A stretch of 64,000 bases of DNA, taken from NCBI GenBank assembly GCA_964016885.1, contig OZ024742.1, positions 20,584,001 to 20,648,000 of the forward strand, read 5' to 3'. This document shows positions 1 to 12,562 of this stretch, piece after piece (within the stretch, counting starts at the first letter, position 1; every line of letters starts with the position of its first letter). Made by a program: the position numbers and the translations under genes. The notes beneath the pieces were generated by a model. The model was not told the DNA's origin. It saw nothing but the letters and a program-made list of their open reading frames with translations, and did no database searches. The DNA comes from Eledone cirrhosa. Its lineage: Eukaryota.

Positions 1-914
1 TCCATCTGATTCGTCGAATAAAATCATTGGTCCTTCGTATCATACCTAGAATATATTCCCTTTTTGCCTGAATAGGTATGTTTTTTAACGACATATCCAA
101 TTGGTGCCTTTCCATTTTAGAAGCGTATGCTGAATTAGTTGCTCAACTGTATAGGAGATTAATAAAATTTCAGGTTATCAATAATGTAGTGATAATATAT
201 CGTTACGTTAGAGATGAACAGCGTACGTGCAGGTTTGCTCAACGAGTATAAATTATATTCCGGAGAAATGTAGAAAGGATGAATATAAAATGAAAGTGCT
301 TTTGTTAAAAAAGGAATTTATTAGGTATTGACATATGTTTCTGTAACAGACCGAATACCTATGTATCGCTGCTTGCGTAATCATATAATGTTAGCAAGTA
401 TTCGATAGCAAATGTATAATCAGTTGTCACTTCTTCAGAGATTTTGGATTAACTGGATAAAATCAGAAAAATTGAAGTATTTATATTAGTAAAAGAGGAA
501 GGAACAGAGGGGATAGAATATGACAGATGGTAAAATAATTTACTGCTAAACAAGTATATAATGGGTTTTTAATGAGAATACCATGAGTAAATCTAAATAA
601 GAATTTTGGGGGTGCCGATTTTAATCTCTACTTGACCAACTGGACAGTGGACAGGGCTGGTCATTTGGTGCAGTAGTATTAATCATAAAGTGTCAATTGG
701 GGAAGGGGGAGATTTCGATTGCTACTAAATAACATCAATGCTAGTGGTCAGCTGGTATTTGCTCTAGGGAATTGAATCAAAAAATCAGAAATCTCATTTT
801 ATCTATAGCAGTTTGTATTAAAAGGTAAATAATAGAAGAGTTGATAGAATTAAGACTAATAAAGAATGTTCATATCTATTTTGACAATCAAACGGGGATA
901 GAGACAGGCGTTCT

Positions 915-2282
915 ATGGGTTCTAATGATTCGGCGGAGGTAACAGATCTTGTGGGAATTTATATCACCCACAGATTACAAGGAAAATTCAAGGATCTCCA
1001 CGGTGGAATTTACCGTGACGATGCGCTCCTATTAGTTAAGAATATGAATAACCAGAATTTAGAAAGGATGCGTAAAAATATCAGAAAACTTTTTAAAGAA
1101 CTAGGATTAAATATTACATTTGAATATAACCTCAAAGAGGTCAATTTCCTTGATGTTACTTTCAATCTCAATACAGATACGATTAAACCGTTCCATAAAC
1201 TAAATGAGAACCTTAAATATGTAAATACGAGTTCTAACCATCCACTCTCTATTATTAAATCCATCCCTAGAAATGTTTCTCTTAGAATCTCCCGCCTATC
1301 GTCCAACCAACAAACCTTCAAAGAACATGCCGAGTATTATGATGATGCACTTAGGAAAGCCGGTCACCTAGATAATATAGAGTATATAGTCAATGATCAC
1401 CAAAACACCCAAAATAAATCACATAGGAGTAGAAATAGCACAGAATCACCACCATACATACACTACCGCAATAGACACAATAATAGTCGCACACCACCAA
1501 ACAGAAGACGATGTAAGGAGTATATCTGGTACAACCCGGTCTATAACAAATCTATTAAAACCAATCTACCCTCAAAATTCTTTCGATTAGTTAGAAAACA
1601 CTTTCCAACATCACATAAATATAATAAAATCTTAAACCCTAACACCATCCGACTTTCATATTCAACCGCCCCTAATATTGAACAACATATAAAAATGCTT
1701 AACGCAAAACGGTTGTATAAACGCCTTCCAACACATAACAATACACGTAAAACATTAGCTATAACATCACAAAACAACAAACAACATCCTGTTCTACATA
1801 AGCAACCTCATCAACCCATCCATGGCAATACAACAACGCAAAATTGTAATTGCAACTGTGTCCAACCAGGAATGTGTCCGTTGAACAACCAGTGTCTTGA
1901 ACGCAACATCGTATACAAATGTACTATCGAATCGGATAGACAGAAGTGGTACTATGTGGGATCTACAGCCACCTCCTTTAAATCACGCCTTTATAGACAT
2001 CGTTATTCGATAAAACATGAAAACCAGCGTTATGTAACAACACTCGCAGACAAGGCTTGGCAGCTGCGTGAAAATAACCAACAATTTCACCTAAAATGGG
2101 ATATAATAGCGACTGCCCCCCCATATTCCAATGGACAGGAATTTTGTAGATTATGTAATGTAGAATTATTTTGTATTATGAAATCCAAAAACATTTTATT
2201 AAATAACAGAATAGAGCGATCGTTATACTGTAACCATCGCTTAAAATCTACATTTTCATATTATAAATACTACCAGGATTGA
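915..2282 (+). CDS. PLE polyprotein, 5'-truncated: RT (from motif B) + thumb + Cys linker + GIY-YIG endonuclease
   Basis: Motifs MGSNDSAEVTDLVG, IYRDD, VNFLDVTF, SNHP, WYNP, CNCx5CPLx3C, NIVY...YYVGST...FKSR...H and CRLC...C.H; no internal stops. Confidence 0.9.
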   Translation: MGSNDSAEVTDLVGIYITHRLQGKFKDLHGGIYRDDALLLVKNMNNQNLERMRKNIRKLFKELGLNITFEYNLKEVNFLDVTFNLNTDTIKPFHKLNENLKYVNTSSNHPLSIIKSIPRNVSLRISRLSSNQQTFKEHAEYYDDALRKAGHLDNIEYIVNDHQNTQNKSHRSRNSTESPPYIHYRNRHNNSRTPPNRRRCKEYIWYNPVYNKSIKTNLPSKFFRLVRKHFPTSHKYNKILNPNTIRLSYSTAPNIEQHIKMLNAKRLYKRLPTHNNTRKTLAITSQNNKQHPVLHKQPHQPIHGNTTTQNCNCNCVQPGMCPLNNQCLERNIVYKCTIESDRQKWYYVGSTATSFKSRLYRHRYSIKHENQRYVTTLADKAWQLRENNQQFHLKWDIIATAPPYSNGQEFCRLCNVELFCIMKSKNILLNNRIERSLYCNHRLKSTFSYYKYYQD

Positions 2283-2755
2283 ACGCCTGTCTCTATCCCC
2301 GTTTGATTGTCAAAATAGATATGAACATTCTTTATTAGTCTTAATTCTATCAACTCTTCTATTATTTACCTTTTAATACAAACTGCTATAGATAAAATGA
2401 GATTTCTGATTTTTTGATTCAATTCCCTAGAGCAAATACCAGCTGACCACTAGCATTGATGTTATTTAGTAGCAATCGAAATCTCCCCCTTCCCCAATTG
2501 ACACTTTATGATTAATACTACTGCACCAAATGACCAGCCCTGTCCACTGTCCAGTTGGTCAAGTAGAGATTAAAATCGGCACCCCCAAAATTCTTATTTA
2601 GATTTACTCATGGTATTCTCATTAAAAACCCATTATATACTTGTTTAGCAGTAAATTATTTTACCATCTGTCATATTCTATCCCCTCTGTTCCTTCCTCT
2701 TTTACTAATATAAATACTTCAATTTTTCTGATTTTATCCAGTTTATCCAAAATCT

Positions 2756-2871
2756 CTGAAGAAGTGACAACTGATTATACATTTGCTATCGAATACTTGC
2801 TAACATTATATGATTACGCAAGCAGCGATACATAGGTATTCGGTCTGTTACAGAAACATATGTCAATACCT
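2756..2871 (+). ncRNA. Hammerhead-like motif with 76-nt loop II and non-canonical helix I (mirror copy 323-438, minus)
   Basis: CTGAAGA(2756)-A-GTGACA...TGTTAC-A-GAAA-C-ATAT-GTC, then AATAAA at 2872. The adjacent helix I does not pair. Confidence 0.5.
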
Positions 2872-2943
2872 AATAAATTCCTTTTTTAACAAAAGCACTT
2901 TCATTTTATATTCATCCTTTCTATATATATATATATATATATA

Positions 2944-4978
2944 ATTATAATGAAATGACAGGAGGCTGGATTTGTGTAAATCCTTGAAAGGTTTATTATA
3001 CTATGATCATTTCAATGACCCGGTTCCGTATGAATCCGGTGATATCATCAGGTATTCGAAATATAATACGTGAATATAATAGATAAAATCCATGGGGCTG
3101 AAAATCGAGGACCCGAGGGCGACCGTTATTCAGCACCTTCTACCTTTGTCGGTCGCCCTCGAGTGACGTGGCTAAAGCTTACAGTGTGCTACTACCGGTC
3201 AGATAAAGGAAAACAGAAAGGGATGGGAACATAAGTCAGCGTTAATCTCATGCCACAAGAAAAAAGAAAGAAAGGAAGAAGAGAGAAGAAGGGGGAAGGA
3301 AGAAGAGGAGCCAGGGTTAATGTCAGCTATATGAAGAAAGACAGAAAGAAAGAGGAGGAAAGGTCGGTATTACAGTCAGGCCAGGATTGCCGCGAAGAAA
3401 TTTTTTTATTCTAAGGGACCCGTATCTTAACAACTACTACCGGTCAAATATAGGCAAACAAAAAGGGGAAGGAAGATAAGTCTGCGGGAGGACGACAGAA
3501 AGAAGGCAGAAGAGAAGGAGGAAAAGGAAGAAGTAGAAAAGTCAGGGTTGATGACTACAAGAAGAAAGATAGAAAGAAAGGGGAAGAAAGGTCGATATTA
3601 ATGTCAGACTACAGTCAGGCCAGGAGTGGTGCGAAAAAATGTTCACAGGGACCCGTATCTTAGCAGAGGTAAATATAGTGGGGGTCAGTGTGTTATAATG
3701 TGTGAGCAGAAGATTGGAACGTTACGTTTTTGTTTAGACTTATAGGATGAAGTTAAAAATTAATAATTAATATTCAATATCAAGGAAATTAGAAAATTTA
3801 AAGTTAAACAGTTTAACATTTTAAGGTTGATATATCCAATAGTTCTGATTTGATATGTAATTTAAAGGTACTATGTGGCGGTTAAAGAACCGGTCGCGTA
3901 CCGGGTCCCCGGGGCGAATCAGCCACTCCGAGTAGTTTCATTGGATAGATCAACCTTAAAATGTTAAACTGTTTAACTTTAAATTTTCTAATTTCCTTGA
4001 TATTGAATATTAAATATTAATTTTTAACTTCATCCTATAAGTCTAAACAAAAACGTAACGTTCCAATCTTCTGCTCACACATTATAACACACTGACCCCC
4101 ACTATATTTACCTCTGCTAAGATACGGGTCCCTGTGAACATTTTTTCGCACCACTCCTTGCCTGACTGTAGTCTGACATTTATATCGACCTTTCTTCCCC
4201 TTTCTTTCTATCTTTCTTCTTGTAGCCATCAACCCTGACTTTTCTACTTCTTCCTTTTCCTCCTTCCCTTCTCCCTTCTTTCTGTCGACCTCCCGCAGAC
4301 TTATCTTCCTTCCCCTTTTTGTTTGCCTATATTTGACCGGTAGTAGTTGTTAAAATAGGGGTCACTTAGAATAAAAAAAATTCTTCGCGACAATCCTGGC
4401 CTGACTGTAATACCGACCTTTCCTCCTCTTTCTTTCTGTCTTTCTTCTTATAGCTGACATTAACCCTGGCTTCTCTTCTTCCTTCCCCCTTCTTCTCTCT
4501 TCTTTCTTTCTTTCTTTTTTCTTGTGGCATGAGATTAACGCTAACTTATGTTCCCATCCCTTTCTGTTTTCCTTTATCTGACCGGTAGTAGCACACTGTA
4601 AGCTTTAGCCACGTCACTCGAGGGCGACCGGCAAAGGTAGAAGGTGCTGAATAGCGGTCGCCCTCGGGTCCTCGATTTTCAGTCCCATGGGTTTTATCTA
4701 TTACATTCACGTATTATATTTCGAATACCTGATGATATCACCGGATTCGTACGGAACCCGGTCATTGAAATGATCATAGTATAATAAACCTTTCAAGGAT
4801 TTACACAAATCCAGCCTCCTGTCATTTCATTATAATATTTAACTCTGTAATAGCACCACCAACTACAAAAACAAAGACGGTTGAACTGCTTTACGTTGAG
4901 TACTCTCCATATTATTACATTGCGATTGACCATACGGAATTGACCAGCTCTATCCAGTGGTGAACCTCAAACCTGAAT
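2944..4978. mobile_element. Fold-back PLE 3'-UTR fragment: arms ~2944-3840 and ~3940-4836, ~100-bp spacer, ~140-bp tail
   Basis: Near-identical ~900-bp inverted arms between two (TA)n tracts; each arm has an HHR followed by AATAAA. Confidence 0.8.
4725..4782 (+). ncRNA. Type I hammerhead motif (mirror copy 2998-3055, minus)
   Basis: ATAC-CTGATGA-[ACCGG...CCGGT helix II]-GAAA-T-GATC-ATA-GTAT-AATAAA. Helix III is the palindrome ATGATCAT; cleavage triplet AUA. Confidence 0.7.
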
Positions 4979-5093
4979 ATATATATATATATATATACAT
5001 ATAAATACATATATATATATACAAATATGTATATATATATATATATATACACATATGTATATATACACACACACACACGCACACACACACACG

Positions 5094-5167
<74 letters not shown>

Positions 5168-5472
5168 TATAGGCTTTTTCCCCCCATATTTTACCGTTTC
5201 TTCCTCTCTTCACTTTTCTCTATCTTTCTCTTTCTTATTTTATTTCTCCCCCATTCTTTCTCCCGAAATAATAAGACGCTCTTTTCATACTATATGAAGC
5301 GTTTGAACTAATATATATTTTCATTGTATAGTATTGTTTGGTTTGTTTTTTTCCGATTGTATGTGTGTGTATGTGTGCGCGCGCGCGTGTGTGTCTGTGA
5401 GAGAGAAAAGGAGAGAGAGAGAGGGGGGGTGAGGGGCAAGTAGAAAAAAGGAGGGATGGGAAGGTATATATG

Positions 5473-5567
<95 letters not shown>

Positions 5568-5839
5568 TTTCGCTTCAAGCATAGCGTTATACAAATATGT
5601 ATAGAAATTTCACATTTCTAAAGAAACACGGTTTAGGAAGCCGTAGCTATGCAAACACCGGGGCTAGCGCCCTCTGGTGGTGTCCAGCAGAAGCAAGGGG
5701 TAAAACTGTCTATGCATTTCAGGCATACGACTGGCGGACCTGAAAACAGTAAGAATATATAGTCGAGAATATATATATATATATATATATATATAGATAT
5801 ATATATATATATATAAGAGAGAGGGGGAGAGAGAGATAG

Positions 5840-5870
<31 letters not shown>

Positions 5871-7419
5871 ACGAATCGATTGTGAATTGCAGAGTAGGTG
5901 GGTTAAATACAGAGTAGAAATAAGATCTATGGTAGAAATAGAATGTAAAATATTTGTCAAATGTATGATAGTGACCATTTGTTAAGCTGAGGTCTCTCTC
6001 TCTCTTCCGCTCTTTTCACGCACAAACATGCACTCCCCTCTTACACACACACACATATATATATATATTTTAGACGATCGACAAGGTCATTTACTTACCA
6101 GGTAGGATGGAACTCGTCAAATCGAACCAAGGACACACTGTTTCAAATAATCTTTCCATTGCTGATACTATCTACCGGTCGCAACTCCTGTCAGACGGTA
6201 GATATTGATATAGTACTATGGTAGATATAATACTGTTCAAAAGCTGAGAAATAGTTAAAAATCGGTAAGTCTATTAGATAAATCCAAGAGATAAGTTATG
6301 GCGGTTGATTACAATCAATGTATGTCACACATTCTTTGTGGTAGTTATATATTTGAGAGGTTTCTACTCGACATCTCCAATAGATCTAAGATTTTCTAGT
6401 TATAAGGAGATATGTTTACAAAGGTTATTGAGAACGATGACATTTTGGTGTGAAACGATTTTATTTTACCAATACAAAGACCTTTCTTATATTCGATAAT
6501 TTAAAATCAAAATAAACAAAAGCCCAAATAATTTGTATCATTCCCGAAAGAAAAAATAAGTTTACAATCACTGAGATAAAGTTGTTTTCATAAGCTTTTG
6601 TTAGGATTTTATCAGAGCATTAAAAATGTTTTTAAAGGTTTTTCGGTGCAGAAAATTACAATTAAACAAAATAGTATAAAATAAAATATAAATACAATAT
6701 ACTTTTCAGTAGATTTTCTAAATCTACTGAAAAATATTTATCTATGTTCTATGATACTTTCTTTAAATATTTTTTATATTTTTTAACATTTTCAAAATAA
6801 ACTTTGAATGTTAAAGCAAACAGTATTTGTTTCGTATTTTTCACTAAAATTCCATTTGGAACATGAATAAATTTATAAGAGCAAGTCATAGAGTTTACCA
6901 CTTTTAACTAGCTTCATTTAACAAATGGAGATGAAAATTTGTACTGACGTGAATATTCATGGTAAACCCATTAAAATATTTGCATTGGTTTAGGTAAGAA
7001 AACTTAAGGAAACAGATGCAGAAATATAAATTAGTTTGAAATAGAAGTGTTAAGTTTTTCCCCTATATTTCTGGTTGAATGTTTTTATACGATCTAAAGC
7101 TACTTAAGCTGTCTGTGCCAGTATTTAAGTAGATGTACACAGTCGACTAAGTTTATCGGCAATGAATCAGTAAGCTTCGACATGAGAACTAATCTGGCTC
7201 AAGAAGCCTGATTAACAGCTCATTACTTAAATGATCAGAGAAAAGAGATTGTAGGCAGTGATACACCTACATACATACATACTTATATACATACATACAT
7301 AGATACATACATACGTACATACATTCATACATACAAACACACACACGGTTATATACTTTTAATTTAAAATAACACAATAGTTACAATACAATATTAATGA
7401 TAAAATGAATGATAGTAAT

Positions 7420-8013
7420 AATCGCTTCTGATTTAGGCACAAGGCCAGCAATTTTTGGGGAGTGGAAAATCGATTAAATGGATCACAGTACTTTATTTTA
7501 TCGAACCCAGTGAGTGACTGGTACTTTATTTTATCGACCCAGTAAGGTTGAATGGCAAAGTTACTCTCGGCGGGATTTGAACCCAGAACATAAAGCGCCG
7601 TATGTCTATGCCGCGAAACAAGGTGTCAGACGCTTTACCAATACTGTCAATAATATTTGTTTCTACTTTTGGCACACGGCCAGCAATTACCCAGTACATT
7701 ACTGGTACTTTATTTTATCGACCGTGTAAGTATGAAAGGCAAAGTTAACCTCGGCGGGATTTGAACTCAGAATGGAAAGGGCCGTAACTCCATCCGTCAA
7801 AGCATGGCGTCCGACACTCTACCGATACTGCCAATCAAAATAATTGTTTCTACTTTTTGGCACAAGGCAAGCAATTACCCAGTGTATTACTGGTACTTTA
7901 TTTTATCGACCCCGTAAGGATGAAAGGCAAAGTTAACCTCGGCGGGATTTGAACTCATAATGGAAAAGGCCGTAACTCTTTGCGTCAAAGCATGGCGTCC
8001 GACCCTCTACCGA
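7420..8013 (-). mobile_element. Three tandem copies of a tRNA-derived SINE
   Basis: Minus strand reads A-box-like GGCAGTATCGGTAGAG, B-box GAGTTCAAATCC and body GCCTTTCATCCTTACGGGGTCGATAAAATAAAGTACCAG. Same family at 20550, 41290 and 59845. Confidence 0.8.
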
Positions 8014-8184
8014 TTAGTAAAATGCAATTCTTTATTTGCCAATTAGAAAAAAAAAGTTCAAATGCATTAGAGAATACTCGGGCATTCTCATTTAAAGTTT
8101 TTAATCTAAATAAAAAATGACAAATTGGCAACTATAAATATATGTATGTTCTTCTGTTTTATAATTTCACAAATTTTTACCAAT

Positions 8185-8430
8185 AGAGAGAGAGTCGGTT
8201 TCTAACATAGACACAAGACTCTCTCATTGAAATTTACACAGCCTCAACTAGGTAGATTATGTATGCATGTCTGCATGTGTAGATATGGATGTTATTGTAT
8301 GTGTGGATGTGGATGTTTTGAGTTGTATATGTGCATATGTATATGCTTTGTATCTGTACATGTGTATATGCAGTTATTAGATGCAAAATGTTTGGAATGT
8401 TTTACATATTTTTACTGTTCCATTAATGGA
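8185..8430. repeat. Unclassified dispersed repeat (second copy 12308-12545)
   Basis: Both copies share GAGAGTCGGTTTCTA.CATAGACACAAG...CAACTAGGTAGAT...TTTTACATATTTTTACT.TTCCATTAA. Confidence 0.7.
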
Positions 8431-8439
8431 TTGTACTTG

Positions 8440-9320
8440 TAATTTCCTAACTAGTTTTGTTCTTGCTGTTCCTGTGAAGCCTAGCTTCTCAAGATTTGTA
8501 TTGAGGCAGTTACTAACATACCCCAGTAATCACAGGCATAAATCTGAAAGTGTAATCAGGGTGGAGTATCTGCAGATTTCTCATCAGTTCTGCATAAATA
8601 TTCTCCTTTTCGTTAATCTTTGATATTATATTGGCATCTGCTGAGCAGCTAATTTCCACTACTGTGCATGCTTTCTTCTCCCTGTCCCATATCATAATAT
8701 GTGGTCTGTTATGCCTGCATTTTATTGGGGTTTTTACTGGAACATTCCAGCAGTGCTTTTTCATATTATGTACATGGATATCTTCCACATTGCTGTAGCT
8801 TTTAATGTGTTTATTATCGGGGCTATCTTTTTTACGAACTGCATTGTACAGTGTTTTGGCCACTACATCATGCCTCATAGGTAGATAGTACCGCGATGAC
8901 ATCTTTAGACAGCTGCTAATGACATGGGTTATATCCTCGATGTTAGTTCAGCAGAGTCTGCACTTGTTATCACATCTAGGTGTTTTGCCTGCATCCCTAT
9001 CTCTTTTGTGAATCAGGTATTTCGTGTTAATCTCCTGTTCTTGGATTGCAAAAGCGTATCCTTCAAAGTGGGAGCCAATATAGCGGTTGTTGGTCCAATA
9101 TAGACTACTTTCCTTATCTATATTACTCTCACTCTGGAGTTTCCTGGCAACATATCCATGCGTGATTTTTTGATGATAAGCATGCAGTTTTTCATCCATG
9201 CATTCACTGCGATACTGCTGAGCGACTTCCCTGGGTGTGAGTTTTTGTTTATCACACAGGGAATATGTCTCGAGGAGTTCCTTCCCAACTCTCATGATCT
9301 TATCTGTTTCATGCAAATAG
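8440..9320 (-). pseudogene. 3' fragment of an RLE-type (R4/Dong-like) non-LTR retrotransposon ORF
   Basis: FAIQEQEI.TK, zinc knuckle CRLC...H...C, RHDVVAK, HNRPHIMIWD, VVEISC and EKENIY (restriction-like endonuclease motifs); broken by stops. Confidence 0.8.
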
Positions 9321-9755
9321 ACTTGCTAGAGAAACGGGCTCCTACGCTTCGAGGTTCGTAGATGTTGTCGTAGATGTATGTATGTATGTATGTATGTATG
9401 TATGTATGTATGTATGTATGTATGTATGTGTGTATGTTCTTCTGGTTTCATTATTTTATGAACTAGCAGAATGGCCCGGCGTTGCTCGGGTTTCTAAACA
9501 TAGATTGGGATGTTTATCCCTCCTTTCTGAAACAGTACAGAGAAGCACGGAATACTTCGGCCTGGGGATGGTGTCTACATTTTGTGCTTAGGCAAATAAT
9601 TTTCAATTAAGATTTTTCAAAAGCATGAATTGCTTTCCCTCTCCTTTTTGTTGTTGTTTTTGCTGCTGTTGGTGTTATAGCAGCCGTTGGTCGTACTACT
9701 AACACAGTCTCGTCTTCTTCAGCCAATCGTGTATATCCCCTCCTGCCTCGTCTAC

Positions 9756-10135
9756 CTAAACAATGATTGTAGCACCTCCTTGTACACAATGTTCCTTGTT
9801 CTGCCGTGTCGGGCATATGCAAAGAGATTTGTCTTGCTTCCCACTCTTGAGCAGCCAACGTATAGTTGCCCGTGTGAAAAACATGTCTTCCAAAAGAAGA
9901 CCAGCAACAGCTAGGGTCTGACCCTGGGATTTGTTGATAGACATTGCAAAGGTGACACATTTCGGTGAATGGTACGTTGGTTGTCTGTTTCAAGTGCTCT
10001 TCTGGTGGCAGTACGTTCAGCATCTTGCGACCGTCGAATAGCAGATTCCGCTGACGATTCGTTTGCCCGATTTATTCTTTTTCTTGCCGCTTTCGCAGTA
10101 TTTCGGCCAATGGAGTATATCTTCCTTCGAGGCAT
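9756..10135 (-). pseudogene. Helitron RepHel remnant: putative N-terminus joined to PIF1-type helicase C-terminal motifs
   Basis: MPRRK...NRANES N-terminus directly followed by AMSINKSQGQTL and, after a frameshift, FTHGQLYVGCSRVG. Confidence 0.8.
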
Positions 10136-10368
10136 GACCTAAAGGTAGAGTAAGGAGTAAACTCGTCAGTGATGCATGAGATTTCCGAACTGTTGACTAT
10201 GTAATTGCTGGCCTTGTGCCAAAAGTAGTGGGACTTTTTGGGTGGCATATCGGCAGTAACAATGACGATAAGCCGTCTATGTTTTCGCGAAATAAATAAA
10301 TTTGTTAATATTTTGTTTTTGTGTATGCAAAATATCTGCACACGAATATATAATTATATATATATATA

Positions 10369-10729
10369 TGAAAAAGTTTGTCCTTCATCAGTGGCCTTCC
10401 AACCGTCGTAGGCATTTCATCGCTTTAAAGGCCATATACCTCGGGTTGGTGCGAGCAACGGCTAAAAAAAGTCGTTGGGACAGGTAAATAAAGGGGACGC
10501 TAGGGTAAACAAACAAAATGGTTTAAGCAACAGAAAGTGATGAAGAAGGAAACAAGTCCCAGATTTCTATGAATATAAATTCGGTGAAATCGTGAACGAG
10601 AGAATAAAGACCATCAAACCTGGTTGAAATGTGAGCAAGGAAGGAATTTCGCACAGGTCTAACGGGAGGAAGAAGGGGTCTGGTTTGCGAATTCGGTAAA
10701 CATAAGTTCTGTGAAGTCGCAGACGAGAG

Positions 10730-10789
<60 letters not shown>

Positions 10790-11748
10790 CAAATTCATAC
10801 CGGCTTGGCCAAGAACGCGCGAGAAAGGAATTACGGACAGGTCAAACGGGAAGAAAGGGGAGGAGGAGAGGTAGTGACAGAGAATGAGTGAGTGAAAGGT
10901 GAGGAAGAGGCTAACACAGAGAGAGAGAGAGAGACTGCTAGAAAGGGTAAAGATACAAAGAACGAAACAGACGGGTAGCAGCAGAGGAAAAAATATATGT
11001 GTAAATATGATAATAATGGAGCTGCGGCGTTGCAAATGGGTTACATATGAAAAAGTTTGTCCTTCATCAGTGGCCTTCCAACCGTCCTAGGCATTTCATC
11101 GCTTTAAAGGCCATATACCTCGGGTTGGTGCGAGCAACGGCTCAAAAAAGTCGTTGGGACACGTAAATAAAGGGGACGCTAGCGTTCTAGCAGTCTCTCT
11201 CTCTCTCTCTCTGTTAGCCTCTTCCTCACCTTTCACTCACTCATTCTCTGTCACTACCTCTCCTCCTCCCCTTTCTTCCCGTTTGACCTGTCCGTAATTC
11301 CTTTCTCGCGCCCTCTTGGCCAAGCCGGTATGAATTTTTTTCTCTCTCTCTCTCTCGTCTGCGACTTCACAGAACTTATGTTTACCGAATTCGCAGACCA
11401 GACCCCTTCTTCCTCCCGTTAGACCTGTGCGAAATTCCTTCCTTGCTCACATTTCAACCAGGTTTGATGGTCTTTATTCTCTCGTTCACGATTTCACCGA
11501 ATTTATATTCATAGAAATCTGGGACTTGTTTCCTTCTTCATCACTTTCTGTTGCTTAAACCATTTTGTTTGTTTACCCTAGCGTCCCCTTTATTTACCTG
11601 TCCCAACGACTTTTTTTAGCCGTTGCTCGCACCAACCCGAGGTATATGGCCTTTAAAGCGATGAAATGCCTACGACGGTTGGAAGGCCACTGATGAAGGA
11701 CAAACTTTTTCATATGTAACCCATTTGCAACGCCGCAGCTCCATTATT

Positions 11749-11753
<5 letters not shown>
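10369..11753. mobile_element. Partial-tandem plus inverted non-coding element in (TA)n (probable PLE pLTR fragment)
   Basis: Block 10369-10503 is repeated at 11048-11182; 11185-11753 is the reverse complement of the left part; (TA)n on both sides. Confidence 0.7.
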
Positions 11754-11789
<36 letters not shown>

Positions 11790-11790
<1 letters not shown>

Positions 11791-11870
11791 AAGAACATAT
11801 TAAAGTTTAAGCAAATAATCGCTGTTTTCACCCTTAACGGGATCTTCTGAAGCTAAAATAATCAATCTGT
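11790..11870 (-). repeat. PLE-type 3' end with degenerate HHR (related pieces at 17345-17377, 17540-17572 and fold-back 22118-22210)
   Basis: Minus strand CAGAAGA-T-CCC-GTTAA-GGG-T-GAAA; the copies share ATTAAAGTTTAAGCAA. Confidence 0.5.
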
Positions 11871-12562
11871 GAACGCAGAAGTAAATATTTCGAACAACGT
11901 TGCAACCGAAGGAAAACAGGAAGACGATACTTTGGTTCGTGAAGACGTTCCCTGGCAATGAACAGGAAATACCGAAGATAATACGCCAGCAATGAGAACA
12001 ATTTTTGTCATAATATCGTAATGCAGACATCCAGACATACAGACCGATATTATAAGGGCGCAACGTTATAGCTATGTATCTATTTAAAAAAAAACAGACT
12101 AAGAAAGAGCAAGAGATCGATAACCGGCGTCTAACACCCCTTTAACAACAGAAAATTGAAAAATAAAAGCTGCAGTTAATATCTTTACACCGCAAGGAAT
12201 ATATAAATGCAAGTTTGAAGTGAATCGGAGTAGAAATGTGGATTTGTATAGACTTTGTAAAAATTAGGACACACACAGACAATTTCAGCTTTATATAGAT
12301 GTATAGATAGAGAGTCGGTTTCTAGCATAGACACAAGTCTCGTTCATTGGAATTTAGACAACAACAACTAGGTAGATATGTGTGCATGTCTGCATGTCTG
12401 CATGCGTGCGTGTGTGTGCAAGTATGGATGTTATTTCATGTGTGTGGGTGTGTATGTTTTTTATCCGTACATGTGTACATGCAGCTATTACATGCAGAAA
12501 TTTTGGAAGGTTTTACATATTTTTACTCTTCCATTAACGGATTTTAATTATGTATGTATTTA

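Larger units (their letters stand above)
1..2923. mobile_element. Penelope-like element (PLE), 5'-truncated, with an inverted copy of its 3' UTR (arms 271-913 and 2281-2923); ends at (TA)n
   Basis: 271-913 is the reverse complement of 2281-2923 (paired coordinates sum to 3194). The arms flank an RT/GIY-YIG ORF. The minus arm presumably continues as a tail into 1-270 (not independently verified). Confidence 0.9.
9463..12307 (-). mobile_element. Non-autonomous, internally deleted Helitron carrying nested insertions
   Basis: 5' end TCTATACATCTATATAAAGCTGAAATTGTCTGTGTGTG at 12307. 3' end has hairpin CCCGAGCAACGCCGGG followed by CTAG at 9463. Inserted between A and T with no TSD. Retains RepHel remnants. 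Confidence 0.85.

Noticed and set aside
11658-11697. SECIS-like ATGA...TGA pairing
   Set aside because: Helix too short, no apical AA, and no linked ORF.
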